Positions 1 through 6,234 of a stretch of DNA of 32,000 nt are shown piece after piece. The position numbers and the translations under genes were made by a program. The notes beneath the pieces were generated by a model that did no database searches, was not told the DNA's origin, and saw only the letters and a list, made by a program, of their open reading frames with translations. Positions within the stretch are counted from its first letter, which is position 1; each line of letters opens with the position of its first letter. Source of the stretch: Nostoc sp. PCC 7120 = FACHB-418 (GTDB taxonomy: Bacteria; Cyanobacteriota; Cyanobacteriia; Cyanobacteriales; Nostocaceae); the NCBI RefSeq assembly GCF_000009705.1, contig NC_003276.1, positions 300,001-332,000 on the forward strand. The letters are read 5' to 3'.

Positions 1-18
1 AACAGGAGAATTAATGGT

Positions 19-399
19 ATGGGTAAATATATTATTTTCAAAGCTGAGTCAATGTCAGCAGAAGGTTGGGAGTCAAGGCGATTGGCTCATACTGAGGCTT
101 ATACCAGCATACTTACTGAACATTATGATTCTTCTAATTCTCCAATACCACAACCAGGATATAGACTCAGAGAATATCATCAAGTATCTAAGTTTGCAGA
201 TAAGCAGTTTCCTGATTCGAGTACCCACAGCAGAATCGGGGATTGGAAAGTGACTAGAGTTGAAGAATATACCCCAGAAATTCCCAATCATGATTTTGAG
301 GTTGTGGTTATTTGTTACTGCCAATACTCCCCAGTAACTACTCCACTAGAGCCAATGCCAGAAATTCAGGTTTCCCAAGAGGAACTACAGGAAGTTTAG
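19..399 (+). CDS. hypothetical protein, 126 aa
   Basis: Longest ORF in this stretch. AGGAGA (4-9) lies 9 nt upstream of the ATG. Overlapping ORFs 14..253(+) and 73..324(-) look like frame shadows. No recognisable motif. Confidence 0.5.
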   Translation: MGKYIIFKAESMSAEGWESRRLAHTEAYTSILTEHYDSSNSPIPQPGYRLREYHQVSKFADKQFPDSSTHSRIGDWKVTRVEEYTPEIPNHDFEVVVICYCQYSPVTTPLEPMPEIQVSQEELQEV

Positions 400-718
400 C
401 GGAATTTGGGCAACAAGCGAACACTGATAAAAATTTTGTAAGCATGACAAACCCCCAAGTATTACTTTCCAGCAATCAATGGTGCAGTTAACGTCCACAC
501 CGGACTGCATCAAGCGATTCACGAACTGCGGCACGGGTCGGTGACTGAGGCAAAACAACTGCTGGCGCGGCAGATTGCGGTATTGGCGAATGTGCTGATG
601 GTGCTGTAGGAGTGTGGGGATGGAGTGAGCCTTTTTGTTGTTATCTGTCCCTATTGTCAAAATTTGAATTTGGAATTGCTGCTTAACTGTGGCTTTCCGT
701 TTTTCTTAACGCTATTTC

Positions 719-727
719 TGATATGAT
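719..727 (+). promoter_or_regulatory. candidate extended -10 promoter (TGaTATGAT) upstream of the PCAT gene
   Basis: TG at 719-720, one spacer nt, then TATGAT at 722-727. Lies about 50 nt upstream of the GTG at 777. No convincing -35. Confidence 0.3.
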
Positions 728-776
728 TTAGCAACTAGATATTCATCATGTCGCCTAAAACTTACCACTTCATTAA

Positions 777-2987
777 GTGCGTGTCAAAACTCCCACTGTC
801 ATACAAATGGAAGCGGCCGAATGTGGAGCAGCTTCCCTAGCGATTATTCTTGCCTACTATGATAGCATTGTCCCCTTAGCCGAACTCCGCATTGAGTGCG
901 GAGTTTCCCGTGATGGGAGCAAAGCCTCTAATATCATTCTTGCTGCTCGACGCTATGGAATGGTTGCAGACGGCTTTAAAGCAGAACACCTAGAACAACT
1001 CCAAGACTTAACTCCCCCCTACATCGTTTTTTGGAACTTCAATCATTTTCTGGTAGTGGAAGGATTGAGCAAACATTGGGTGTTCCTCAATGACCCCGCT
1101 ACTGGTCCCCGCAGGGTTTCCTGGGAGGAATTTGACGAAAGTTTTACAGGGGTTGTCCTAGTGATGGAACCTGGTGCCGACTTTAACAAAGGCGGTCGCA
1201 AACCCAGTGTCATCTTAGGCTTGATAGACCGTTTGCGGGGTTCAATTGGTTCAATTTTATACTGCATTTTCGCCGGATTTTTCTTGGTGTTGCCCGGTTT
1301 AGCAATTCCGGTTTTCAGTCAGGTGTTTGTGGATCATGTTCTGGTGGAAAGTCGCACTGAATGGCTGCGTCCCCTAATTTTAGGGATGATTCTTACCACG
1401 GTGTTTCAAGGACTGCTGACACTACTCCGACTGCGCTATTTGAGAAAGTTGAGGATTAAGTTGGCTGTGGGAATGTCCACTCGCTTCCTGTGGCATATTC
1501 TGAGATTACCTGTGAGATTTTATGCCCAAAGGTATGCAGGAGAAGTTAGCAATCGCGCCAGTTTGAATAATAAGGTGGCTGAGGTGCTTTCCGGGCAATT
1601 GGCAACTACAGTTATTGATGTAGTTATGATCTTGTTCTACGCCCTAGTGATGTTTGCCTATGATTGGGTATTAACGTTAATTGGGATCTGTTTTACTGCG
1701 ATCAATGGGTTAGCCTTGCAATGGGTTGCTAGACATCGCGTAGATGCAAATATACGTTTGATACAGGATTGGGGAAAAGCAACTGCGGTGAGTATTGCAG
1801 CGATTCAGAGTATCGAAACGTTGAAAGCATCAGCTTTAGAGTCGGATTTCTTTTCCCGATGGTCTGGATATTATGCCAAAGCTGTTAGCGCACAGCAAGA
1901 TTTAGAAGTCACAAATCAAATATTAGGGATTTTGCCCATACTGCTGGCCTCTTTAACTTCGATGTTAATTTTAGTCGTTGGAGGTTGGCGGGTAATGGAT
2001 GGGAATCTCAGCATTGGGATGTTGGTGGCATTTCAAAGCTTGATGCTGAGTTTTCAGCAGCCTGTCAACACTTTAGTAGATTTCGGTACTACTCTCCAGG
2101 AATTAGAAGGGGATTTAAATCGCTTAGATGATGTGTTAAGCAATTCCCTTGATCCAGAGGTGGAGATGGTAAGCAGGGAAGCAGGGGAGCAGAGGGAGCA
2201 GGGGAGAGGGGGAGATGAGGAGAAATCCAAAATCGAAAATCCAAAATCGAAAATCCAAAATTTGCAAGGTTATGTGGAGTTACGAAATATCACTTTTGGT
2301 TACTCTCATATTGACCCGCCATTGATTGAGGACTTCAGTTTATCGTTGCAACCAGGACAAAGAGTAGCGTTGGTTGGTGCAAGTGGTTCGGGGAAATCAA
2401 CCTTGGCTAAATTAATCTGTGGACTTTATCAACATTGGGAAGGAGAAATTCTTTTCGACGGGATTAAAAGAAGCGAAATTCCGCGTCATGTGTTGGCGAG
2501 TTGTCTGTCGCTGGTAGAGCAGGATATCTTTTTATTTGGGGGGACGGTGCGGGATAACCTAACGTTATGGGATGCTACAGTTCCAGATGAGCAGCTTGTA
2601 CAAGCTTGTCAAGATGCAGCTATCCATGAAGCGGTAATGGCAATTCCGGGGGGATATGATGGGGAATTGTTGGAGGGAGGGGCTAATTTAAGTGGGGGAC
2701 AGCGCCAGAGGCTAGAAATTGCCCGTGCGTTGGTAAAAAATCCAGCTATTTTAGTAATGGATGAGGCGACATCTGCGTTGGATGCCCAGACAGAACAAAT
2801 TATTATGGAAAATCTGCGACGGCGCAACTGTAGTTGCATACTAGTAGCGCACCGTTTGAGTACGATTCGCGATTGTGATGAGATTATTGTTTTAGAACAG
2901 GGGAAGGTGGTGCAACGCGGGACTCACGATGAGTTATGGCAAGAAGGAGGAGTTTATGAGCGGTTAATTCGTGCTGAGGAACGATAG
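777..2987 (+). CDS. peptidase-C39-domain ABC transporter (PCAT; double-glycine peptide processing and export; NHLM-type peptidase/permease/ATPase subunit)
   Basis: 736-aa ORF. C39 motif QMEAAECGAAS (Cys codon 822-824), His in NFNHF (1044-1046), Asp in NDPA (1092-1094). Followed by a multi-TM ABC membrane domain. Walker A GASGSGKST, signature LSGGQRQR, Walker B ILVMDEATSALD, H-loop VAHRLS. The GTG start directly follows an in-frame TAA, so the start is uncertain. Confidence 0.95.
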   Translation: MRVKTPTVIQMEAAECGAASLAIILAYYDSIVPLAELRIECGVSRDGSKASNIILAARRYGMVADGFKAEHLEQLQDLTPPYIVFWNFNHFLVVEGLSKHWVFLNDPATGPRRVSWEEFDESFTGVVLVMEPGADFNKGGRKPSVILGLIDRLRGSIGSILYCIFAGFFLVLPGLAIPVFSQVFVDHVLVESRTEWLRPLILGMILTTVFQGLLTLLRLRYLRKLRIKLAVGMSTRFLWHILRLPVRFYAQRYAGEVSNRASLNNKVAEVLSGQLATTVIDVVMILFYALVMFAYDWVLTLIGICFTAINGLALQWVARHRVDANIRLIQDWGKATAVSIAAIQSIETLKASALESDFFSRWSGYYAKAVSAQQDLEVTNQILGILPILLASLTSMLILVVGGWRVMDGNLSIGMLVAFQSLMLSFQQPVNTLVDFGTTLQELEGDLNRLDDVLSNSLDPEVEMVSREAGEQREQGRGGDEEKSKIENPKSKIQNLQGYVELRNITFGYSHIDPPLIEDFSLSLQPGQRVALVGASGSGKSTLAKLICGLYQHWEGEILFDGIKRSEIPRHVLASCLSLVEQDIFLFGGTVRDNLTLWDATVPDEQLVQACQDAAIHEAVMAIPGGYDGELLEGGANLSGGQRQRLEIARALVKNPAILVMDEATSALDAQTEQIIMENLRRRNCSCILVAHRLSTIRDCDEIIVLEQGKVVQRGTHDELWQEGGVYERLIRAEER
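2173..2263 (+). repeat. in-frame low-complexity insertion in the TMD-NBD linker: purine-rich GCAGGGGA-like repeats followed by six AAAATC[C/G]-type heptamers
   Basis: 2222-2263 reads gaaatcc aaaatcg aaaatcc aaaatcg aaaatcc aaaattt (6 x 7 = 42 nt, in frame). It encodes ...EQGRGGDEEKSKIENPKSKIQNLQ between the membrane domain and the ATPase. Confidence 0.85.
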
Positions 2988-3112
2988 CCGAATTTAGACC
3001 AACGGGGTGCCAGGTATCGAAATTGCCAAAAGCCACATAAAACCAATTCGCAATTAAACTAAGCCACTCACAAGGGGTGGGGTTTTTACTACCTTGCGAT
3101 ACAAGGACTGTT

Positions 3113-3135
3113 TCGCCCACCAGGGGCGAGGTTTT
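3113..3135 (+). terminator. possible rho-independent terminator after the PCAT gene
   Basis: Stem tcgccc/gggcga (3113-3118 / 3124-3129) followed by gGTTTT. Short stem. Lies in a ~117-bp segment unique to the first repeat unit. Confidence 0.35.
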
Positions 3136-3162
3136 GAACCTTCACTTTTTGATAAATAGGTT

Positions 3163-3196
3163 AAAAGCCTATTGTTAAATCTTCTTAACAATGGGC
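3163..3196 (-). terminator. rho-independent terminator after precursor A
   Basis: 12-bp stem gcctattgttaa/ttaacaatgggc with loop atcttc. On the minus strand it is followed by TTTT (plus-strand aaaa at 3163-3166). Confidence 0.6.
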
Positions 3197-3259
3197 TGAG
3201 GTGCTTTAGTGATAAGCTGATGAGGAAAGAATACCTAACCCCGACTGCTTACTCGTTTC

Positions 3260-3391
3260 TCACTCAATCATCCAAGTAGGTCCGCCAGCTACACTATCCA
3301 GATGTTTCAAGCTGAGTGGTTGAAGTTGTGAAAGTTTCTTGTCTTGGGCTTTTTGGGCTGTGTTGGTTTTCGTCTGTTGTTTATCGGTCAT
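3260..3391 (-). CDS. double-glycine-leader precursor peptide A, 43 aa, core PTWMIE
   Basis: Hand translation: MTDKQQTKTNTAQKAQDKKLSQLQPLSLKHLDSVAGG|PTWMIE*. Leader has hydrophobics at -4, -7, -12 and -15 and GG at -2/-1. An in-frame TGA two codons upstream fixes the ATG. Below the ORF-track length cutoff. Confidence 0.8.
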   Translation of the reverse strand: MTDKQQTKTNTAQKAQDKKLSQLQPLSLKHLDSVAGGPTWMIE

Positions 3392-3442
3392 TGCTTTTCA
3401 CCCATTTTTATTTAATTGGAATAAGAGATTTTCACAATTGCA

Positions 3443-3450
3443 GCGATCGC
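3443..3450. repeat. HIP1 site GCGATCGC (example; more than 20 in the window)
   Basis: Exact octamer. Other copies include 6036-6043 and 9040-9047, and others near 9676, 10053, 10177, 10588, 11686, 11726, 12194, 15655, 16378, 16852, 17850, 19793, 27958, 28672, 28954 and 31456. Confidence 0.95.
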
Positions 3451-3469
3451 TCTGACTGTTCAGGGAACT

Positions 3470-3555
3470 CTCGTCACCCGCCATCCACGAGATTTTGAGC
3501 AAGCCCCTAAGTCCAGTATTTCATCAATTCTTAACAGATTGAGTCTGCCTTGAGC
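3470..3555 (-). pseudogene. probable decayed F-type precursor gene (unit A)
   Basis: By-eye alignment to the 3' two-thirds of gene F. Flanked by the homologous promoter and downstream spacer. Start codon and first ~20 codons are absent. Confidence 0.35.
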
Positions 3556-3568
3556 AAAGGTTACAGCG

Positions 3569-3577
3569 ATTCTATCA
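3569..3577 (-). promoter_or_regulatory. candidate extended -10 promoter (TGaTAGAAT) of unit A
   Basis: Plus-strand attctatca is TGATAGAAT on the minus strand. Conserved in four units and homologous to the F promoter. Confidence 0.4.
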
Positions 3578-3676
3578 GGGAGCAGGTCAAACTTGTCAGT
3601 TCAGGTGTACTATTTGTCTATGATCGCCTTAGATGACTCAGAACTTACGAAGCTCAAAGGTATTGTTCCACGATTC

Positions 3677-3739
3677 CACGATGAGTTATGGCAAGGAGGA
3701 GGAGTTTATGAGCGTTTAATTCGTGCTGAGAAACGATAG
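3677..3739 (+). pseudogene. duplicated 3'-end fragment of the PCAT gene (copy 1)
   Basis: Same length as 2925-2987 with a few substitutions. Reads HDELWQGGGVYERLIRAEKR* versus the genuine HDELWQEGGVYERLIRAEER*. No upstream ORF. Confidence 0.9.
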
Positions 3740-3800
3740 CCGAATTTAGACCAACAGGGTGCCAGGTATCGAAATTGCCAAAAGCCACATAAATTAAGTT

Positions 3801-3834
3801 AAAAGCCCATTGTTAAATCTTCTTAACAATGGGC
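3801..3834 (-). terminator. rho-independent terminator after precursor B
   Basis: Perfect 12-bp stem gcccattgttaa/ttaacaatgggc (3805-3816 / 3823-3834), 6-nt loop, minus-strand TTTT tail. Confidence 0.6.
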
Positions 3835-3900
3835 TGAGGTGCTTTAGTGATAAGCTGATGATGAAAAAATACCCAACCCCGACTTCTTGTTTCTACAAGA

Positions 3901-4035
3901 TCAGATCGCCCAAACAACAACCCGTCCGCCAGCTACACTATCCAGATGTTTCAAGCTGAGTGGTTGAAGCTGTGAAAGTTTCTTGTCTTGGGCTTTTTGG
4001 GTTGTCTTGGTTTTCGGCTGTTGTTGGTTGGTCAT
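3901..4035 (-). CDS. double-glycine-leader precursor peptide B, 44 aa, core RVVVWAI
   Basis: MTNQQQPKTKTTQKAQDKKLSQLQPLSLKHLDSVAGG|RVVVWAI*. Lies inside track ORF 3901..4110. Start placed at the ATG conserved in all copies. Confidence 0.8.
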   Translation of the reverse strand: MTNQQQPKTKTTQKAQDKKLSQLQPLSLKHLDSVAGGRVVVWAI

Positions 4036-4113
4036 TGCTTCTACCTTACTTTTATTGAATTGGAATAAGAGATTTTCACAATTGCGATGATCGCTGTTGC
4101 TGTTAAGCAAATT

Positions 4114-4199
4114 CTAGTCATCCGCCATCCACGAGATTTTGAGCAAGCCCCTAAGTCCAGTATTTCATAAATTTGTAACCAATTGAGTCTGCCTTGAGC
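4114..4199 (-). pseudogene. probable decayed F-type precursor gene (unit B)
   Basis: Ends ...tggatggcggatgacTAGaatttgcttaacagcaa, matching the F end ...tatacggatgacTAGaatttgcttaacagcaa. The upstream part gctcaaggcagac resembles gcccaagacaag of F. No start codon. Confidence 0.45.
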
Positions 4200-4212
4200 A
4201 AAGGTTACAGCG

Positions 4213-4221
4213 ATTCTATCA
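4213..4221 (-). promoter_or_regulatory. candidate extended -10 promoter (TGaTAGAAT) of unit B
   Basis: Same 9-mer and same context (ctgacaagtttgacctgctccc upstream on the minus strand). Confidence 0.4.
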
Positions 4222-4312
4222 GGGAGCAGGTCAAACTTGTCAGTTCAGGTGTACTATTTGTCTGAGATCGCCTTAGACGACTCAGAACTTACGAAGCTCA
4301 AAGGCACTGTTC

Positions 4313-4372
4313 CCCGATGAATTATGGCGAGGAGGAGTTTATGAGCGGTTAATTCGTGCTGAGGAACGATAG
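4313..4372 (+). pseudogene. duplicated 3'-end fragment of the PCAT gene (copy 2)
   Basis: Reads PDELWRGGVYERLIRAEER*. Has a 3-nt deletion relative to 2925-2987. Followed by the same ccgaatttagaccaacagggtgccaggtatcgaaattgccaaaagccaca tail. Confidence 0.9.
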
Positions 4373-4433
4373 CCGAATTTAGACCAACAGGGTGCCAGGT
4401 ATCGAAATTGCCAAAAGCCACATAAATTAAGTT

Positions 4434-4467
4434 AAAAGCCTATTGTTACATCTTCTTAACAATGGGC
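4434..4467 (-). terminator. rho-independent terminator after precursor C
   Basis: Same hairpin, with small variations, at 4438-4467 plus the T tail on the minus strand. Confidence 0.55.
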
Positions 4468-4532
4468 TGAAGTGCTTTAGTGATAAGCTGATAGGAAAGA
4501 ATACCCAACCCCAACTTCTCATTTCTACAAGA

Positions 4533-4667
4533 TCAGATCGCCCAAACAACCAGCATTCCGCCAGCTACACTATCCAGATGTTTCAAGCTGAGTGGTTGAA
4601 GCTGTGAAAGTTTCTTGTCTTGGGCTTTTTGGTCTGTGTTGGTTTTCGTCTGTTGTTTATCGGTCAT
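4533..4667 (-). CDS. double-glycine-leader precursor peptide C, 44 aa, core MLVVWAI
   Basis: Hand translation, codon by codon: MTDKQQTKTNTDQKAQDKKLSQLQPLSLKHLDSVAGG|MLVVWAI*. Not in the ORF track. Confidence 0.8.
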   Translation of the reverse strand: MTDKQQTKTNTDQKAQDKKLSQLQPLSLKHLDSVAGGMLVVWAI

Positions 4668-4767
4668 TTCTTCTACCTCACTTTGATTTAATTGAAATTA
4701 ACAAATGTTTACAATTGCGGCGATACCTTCGGTAAGCTTCGCTAACGCTCTTACTGTTCAGGGAACT

Positions 4768-4853
4768 CTCGTCACCCGCCATCCAAGAGATTTTGAGCAA
4801 GCCCCTAAGTCCAGTATTTCATAAATTCGTAACCAATTGAGTCTGTCTTGAGC
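4768..4853 (-). pseudogene. probable decayed F-type precursor gene (unit C)
   Basis: Same as unit A. Confidence 0.35.
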
Positions 4854-4866
4854 AAGGGTTACAGCG

Positions 4867-4875
4867 ATTCTATCA
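4867..4875 (-). promoter_or_regulatory. candidate extended -10 promoter (TGaTAGAAT) of unit C
   Basis: Same 9-mer. Confidence 0.4.
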
Positions 4876-4966
4876 GGGAGCAAGTCAAACTTGTCAGTTC
4901 ATGTGTAATATTTATCTGTGATCGCCTTAGACGACTCAGAACTTACGAAGCTCAAAGGTATTGTTC

Positions 4967-5029
4967 CACGATGAGTTATGGCAAGAAGGAGGAGTTTATG
5001 AGCGTTTAATTCGTGCTGAGGAACGATAG
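4967..5029 (+). pseudogene. duplicated 3'-end fragment of the PCAT gene (copy 3)
   Basis: Reads HDELWQEGGVYERLIRAEER*, identical at protein level to the genuine C-terminus. Confidence 0.9.
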
Positions 5030-5090
5030 CCGAATTTAGACCAACAGGGTGCCAGGTATCGAAATTGCCAAAAGCCACATGAATTAAGTT

Positions 5091-5124
5091 AAAAGCCCAT
5101 TGTTAGACCTTCTTAACAATGGGC
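5091..5124 (-). terminator. rho-independent terminator after precursor D
   Basis: Same hairpin at 5095-5124 plus the T tail on the minus strand. Confidence 0.55.
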
Positions 5125-5189
5125 TGAGGTGCTTTAGTGATAAGCTGATAGGAAAGAATACCCAACCCCAACTTCTCATTTCTACAAGA

Positions 5190-5324
5190 TCAGATCGCCC
5201 AAACAACAACCTGTCCGCCAGCTACACCATCCAGATGTTTCAAGCTGAGTGGTTGAAGTGGTGAAAGTTTCTTGTCTTGGGCTTTTTGAGTTGTGTTGGT
5301 TTTCGTCTGTTGTTTATCGGTCAT
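5190..5324 (-). CDS. double-glycine-leader precursor peptide D, 44 aa, core QVVVWAI
   Basis: MTDKQQTKTNTTQKAQDKKLSPLQPLSLKHLDGVAGG|QVVVWAI*. Lies inside track ORF 5190..5372. Confidence 0.8.
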   Translation of the reverse strand: MTDKQQTKTNTTQKAQDKKLSPLQPLSLKHLDGVAGGQVVVWAI

Positions 5325-5427
5325 TTCTTCTACCTTACTTTTATTTAATTGGAATAAGAGATTTTCATTCACAATTGCGGCGATACCTTCGGTAAGCTTC
5401 GCTAACGCTCTTACTGTTCAGGGAACT

Positions 5428-5513
5428 CTCGTCACCCGCCATCCAAGAGATTTTGAGCAAGCCCCTAAGTCCAGTATTTCATCAATTCTTAACAGGTTGA
5501 GTCTGCCTTGAGC
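5428..5513 (-). pseudogene. probable decayed F-type precursor gene (unit D)
   Basis: Same as unit A. Confidence 0.35.
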
Positions 5514-5526
5514 AAAGGTTACAGTG

Positions 5527-5535
5527 ATTCTATCA
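5527..5535 (-). promoter_or_regulatory. candidate extended -10 promoter (TGaTAGAAT) of unit D
   Basis: Same 9-mer. Confidence 0.4.
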
Positions 5536-5626
5536 GGGAGCAGGTCAAACTTGTCAGTTCAGGTGTAATATTTATCTGCAATCGCCTTAGACGACTCAGA
5601 ACTTACGAAGCTCAAAGGCACTGTCC

Positions 5627-5689
5627 CCCGATGAATTATGGCGAGAAGGAGGAGTTTATGAGCGGTTAATTCGTGCTGAGGAACGATAG
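5627..5689 (+). pseudogene. duplicated 3'-end fragment of the PCAT gene (copy 4)
   Basis: Reads PDELWREGGVYERLIRAEER* and has the same downstream tail. Confidence 0.9.
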
Positions 5690-5749
5690 CCGAATTTAGA
5701 CCAACAGGGTGCCAGGTATCGAAATTGCCAAAAGCCACAAAAATAGGTT

Positions 5750-5783
5750 AAAAGCCCATTGTTAAATCTTCTTAACAATGGGC
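5750..5783 (-). terminator. rho-independent terminator after precursors F and E
   Basis: Perfect copy of the hairpin at 5754-5783 plus the T tail on the minus strand. Confidence 0.6.
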
Positions 5784-5849
5784 TGAGGTACTTTAGTGAT
5801 AAGCTTATGAAGAAAGAATACCCGGCCCCGACTTCTCGTTTCTACAAGA

Positions 5850-5984
5850 TCAGACCGCCCAAACAAGCTGCTGTCCGCCAGCTACACTATCCAGATGTTT
5901 CAAGCTGAGTGGTTGAAGCTGTGAAAGTTTCTTGTCTTGGGCTTTTTGGGCTGTCTTGGTTTTTGTCTGTTGTTTATTGGTCAT
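5850..5984 (-). CDS. double-glycine-leader precursor peptide E, 44 aa, core QQLVWAV
   Basis: Hand translation: MTNKQQTKTKTAQKAQDKKLSQLQPLSLKHLDSVAGG|QQLVWAV*. Not in the ORF track. Confidence 0.8.
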   Translation of the reverse strand: MTNKQQTKTKTAQKAQDKKLSQLQPLSLKHLDSVAGGQQLVWAV

Positions 5985-6062
5985 TGCTTTTCACCCACTT
6001 TTATTTAATTGGAATAAGAGATTTTCACAATTGCGGCGATCGCTCTTGCTGTTAAGCAAATT

Positions 6063-6197
6063 CTAGTCATCCGTATAAGCTACCCAACCTGCGGCTACAC
6101 CCTCTAACTGTTTCAAGCTTACTGGTTGAAGCTGTGAAAGTTTCTTGTCTTGGGCTTTTTGGGCTGTCTTGGTTTTCGGCTGTTGTTGGTTGGTCAT
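6063..6197 (-). CDS. divergent precursor peptide F, 44 aa, AG cleavage variant, core WVAYTDD
   Basis: Hand translation: MTNQQQPKTKTAQKAQDKKLSQLQPVSLKQLEGVAAG|WVAYTDD*. GAGG lies 8 nt upstream of the ATG. Sits only 78 nt upstream of gene E with no hairpin between them, so the two are probably co-transcribed. Confidence 0.75.
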   Translation of the reverse strand: MTNQQQPKTKTAQKAQDKKLSQLQPVSLKQLEGVAAGWVAYTDD

Positions 6198-6234
6198 TGC
6201 TTTGACCTCACTTTTATTTAAAAGGGTTAAAGCG

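Larger units (their letters stand above)
2925..6062. repeat. tandem array of ~630-750 bp units. Each unit holds a PCAT 3'-end copy, a hairpin, a minus-strand precursor gene, a decayed precursor and a promoter
   Basis: The motif cgaTAGccgaatttagaccaac recurs with its TAG ending at 2987, 3739, 4372, 5029 and 5689 (periods 752, 633, 657, 660). Precursor stop codons recur at 3260, 3901, 4533, 5190 and 5850. Confidence 0.95.

Noticed and set aside
385-660. 91-aa minus-strand ORF divergent from the PCAT gene. It contains ...VILGG followed by a 21-aa two-Cys tail, so I considered it as an eighth precursor.
   Set aside because: The residues before the GG do not fit the double-glycine leader pattern (W at -7, C at -12, D at -15). 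The composition is typical of an antisense shadow. The opposite strand has a more protein-like frame.
3316-3498. Plus-strand 60-aa ORF here, and the similar 72-aa ORF at 5293..5511.
   Set aside because: They are antisense shadows of precursor genes A and D. They are not conserved as ORFs in the other units and have hydrophobic junk composition.
3901-4110. Long versions of the precursor ORFs (69 aa at 3901..4110; 60 aa at 5190..5372) as called by the track.
   Set aside because: The N-terminal extensions are not conserved. Copy A has an in-frame TGA two codons upstream of the shared ATG, and the 5190..5372 extension starts at a GTG. The conserved MT(D/N)(K/Q)QQ start is used instead.
4150-4170. 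Mini-ORF ATG AAA TAC TGG ACT TAG (MKYWT) conserved on the minus strand in the unit spacers.
   Set aside because: It aligns to the ...SLKQLEG... part of the F-type gene. It is therefore best explained as a chance ATG inside a decayed precursor, not a leader peptide.
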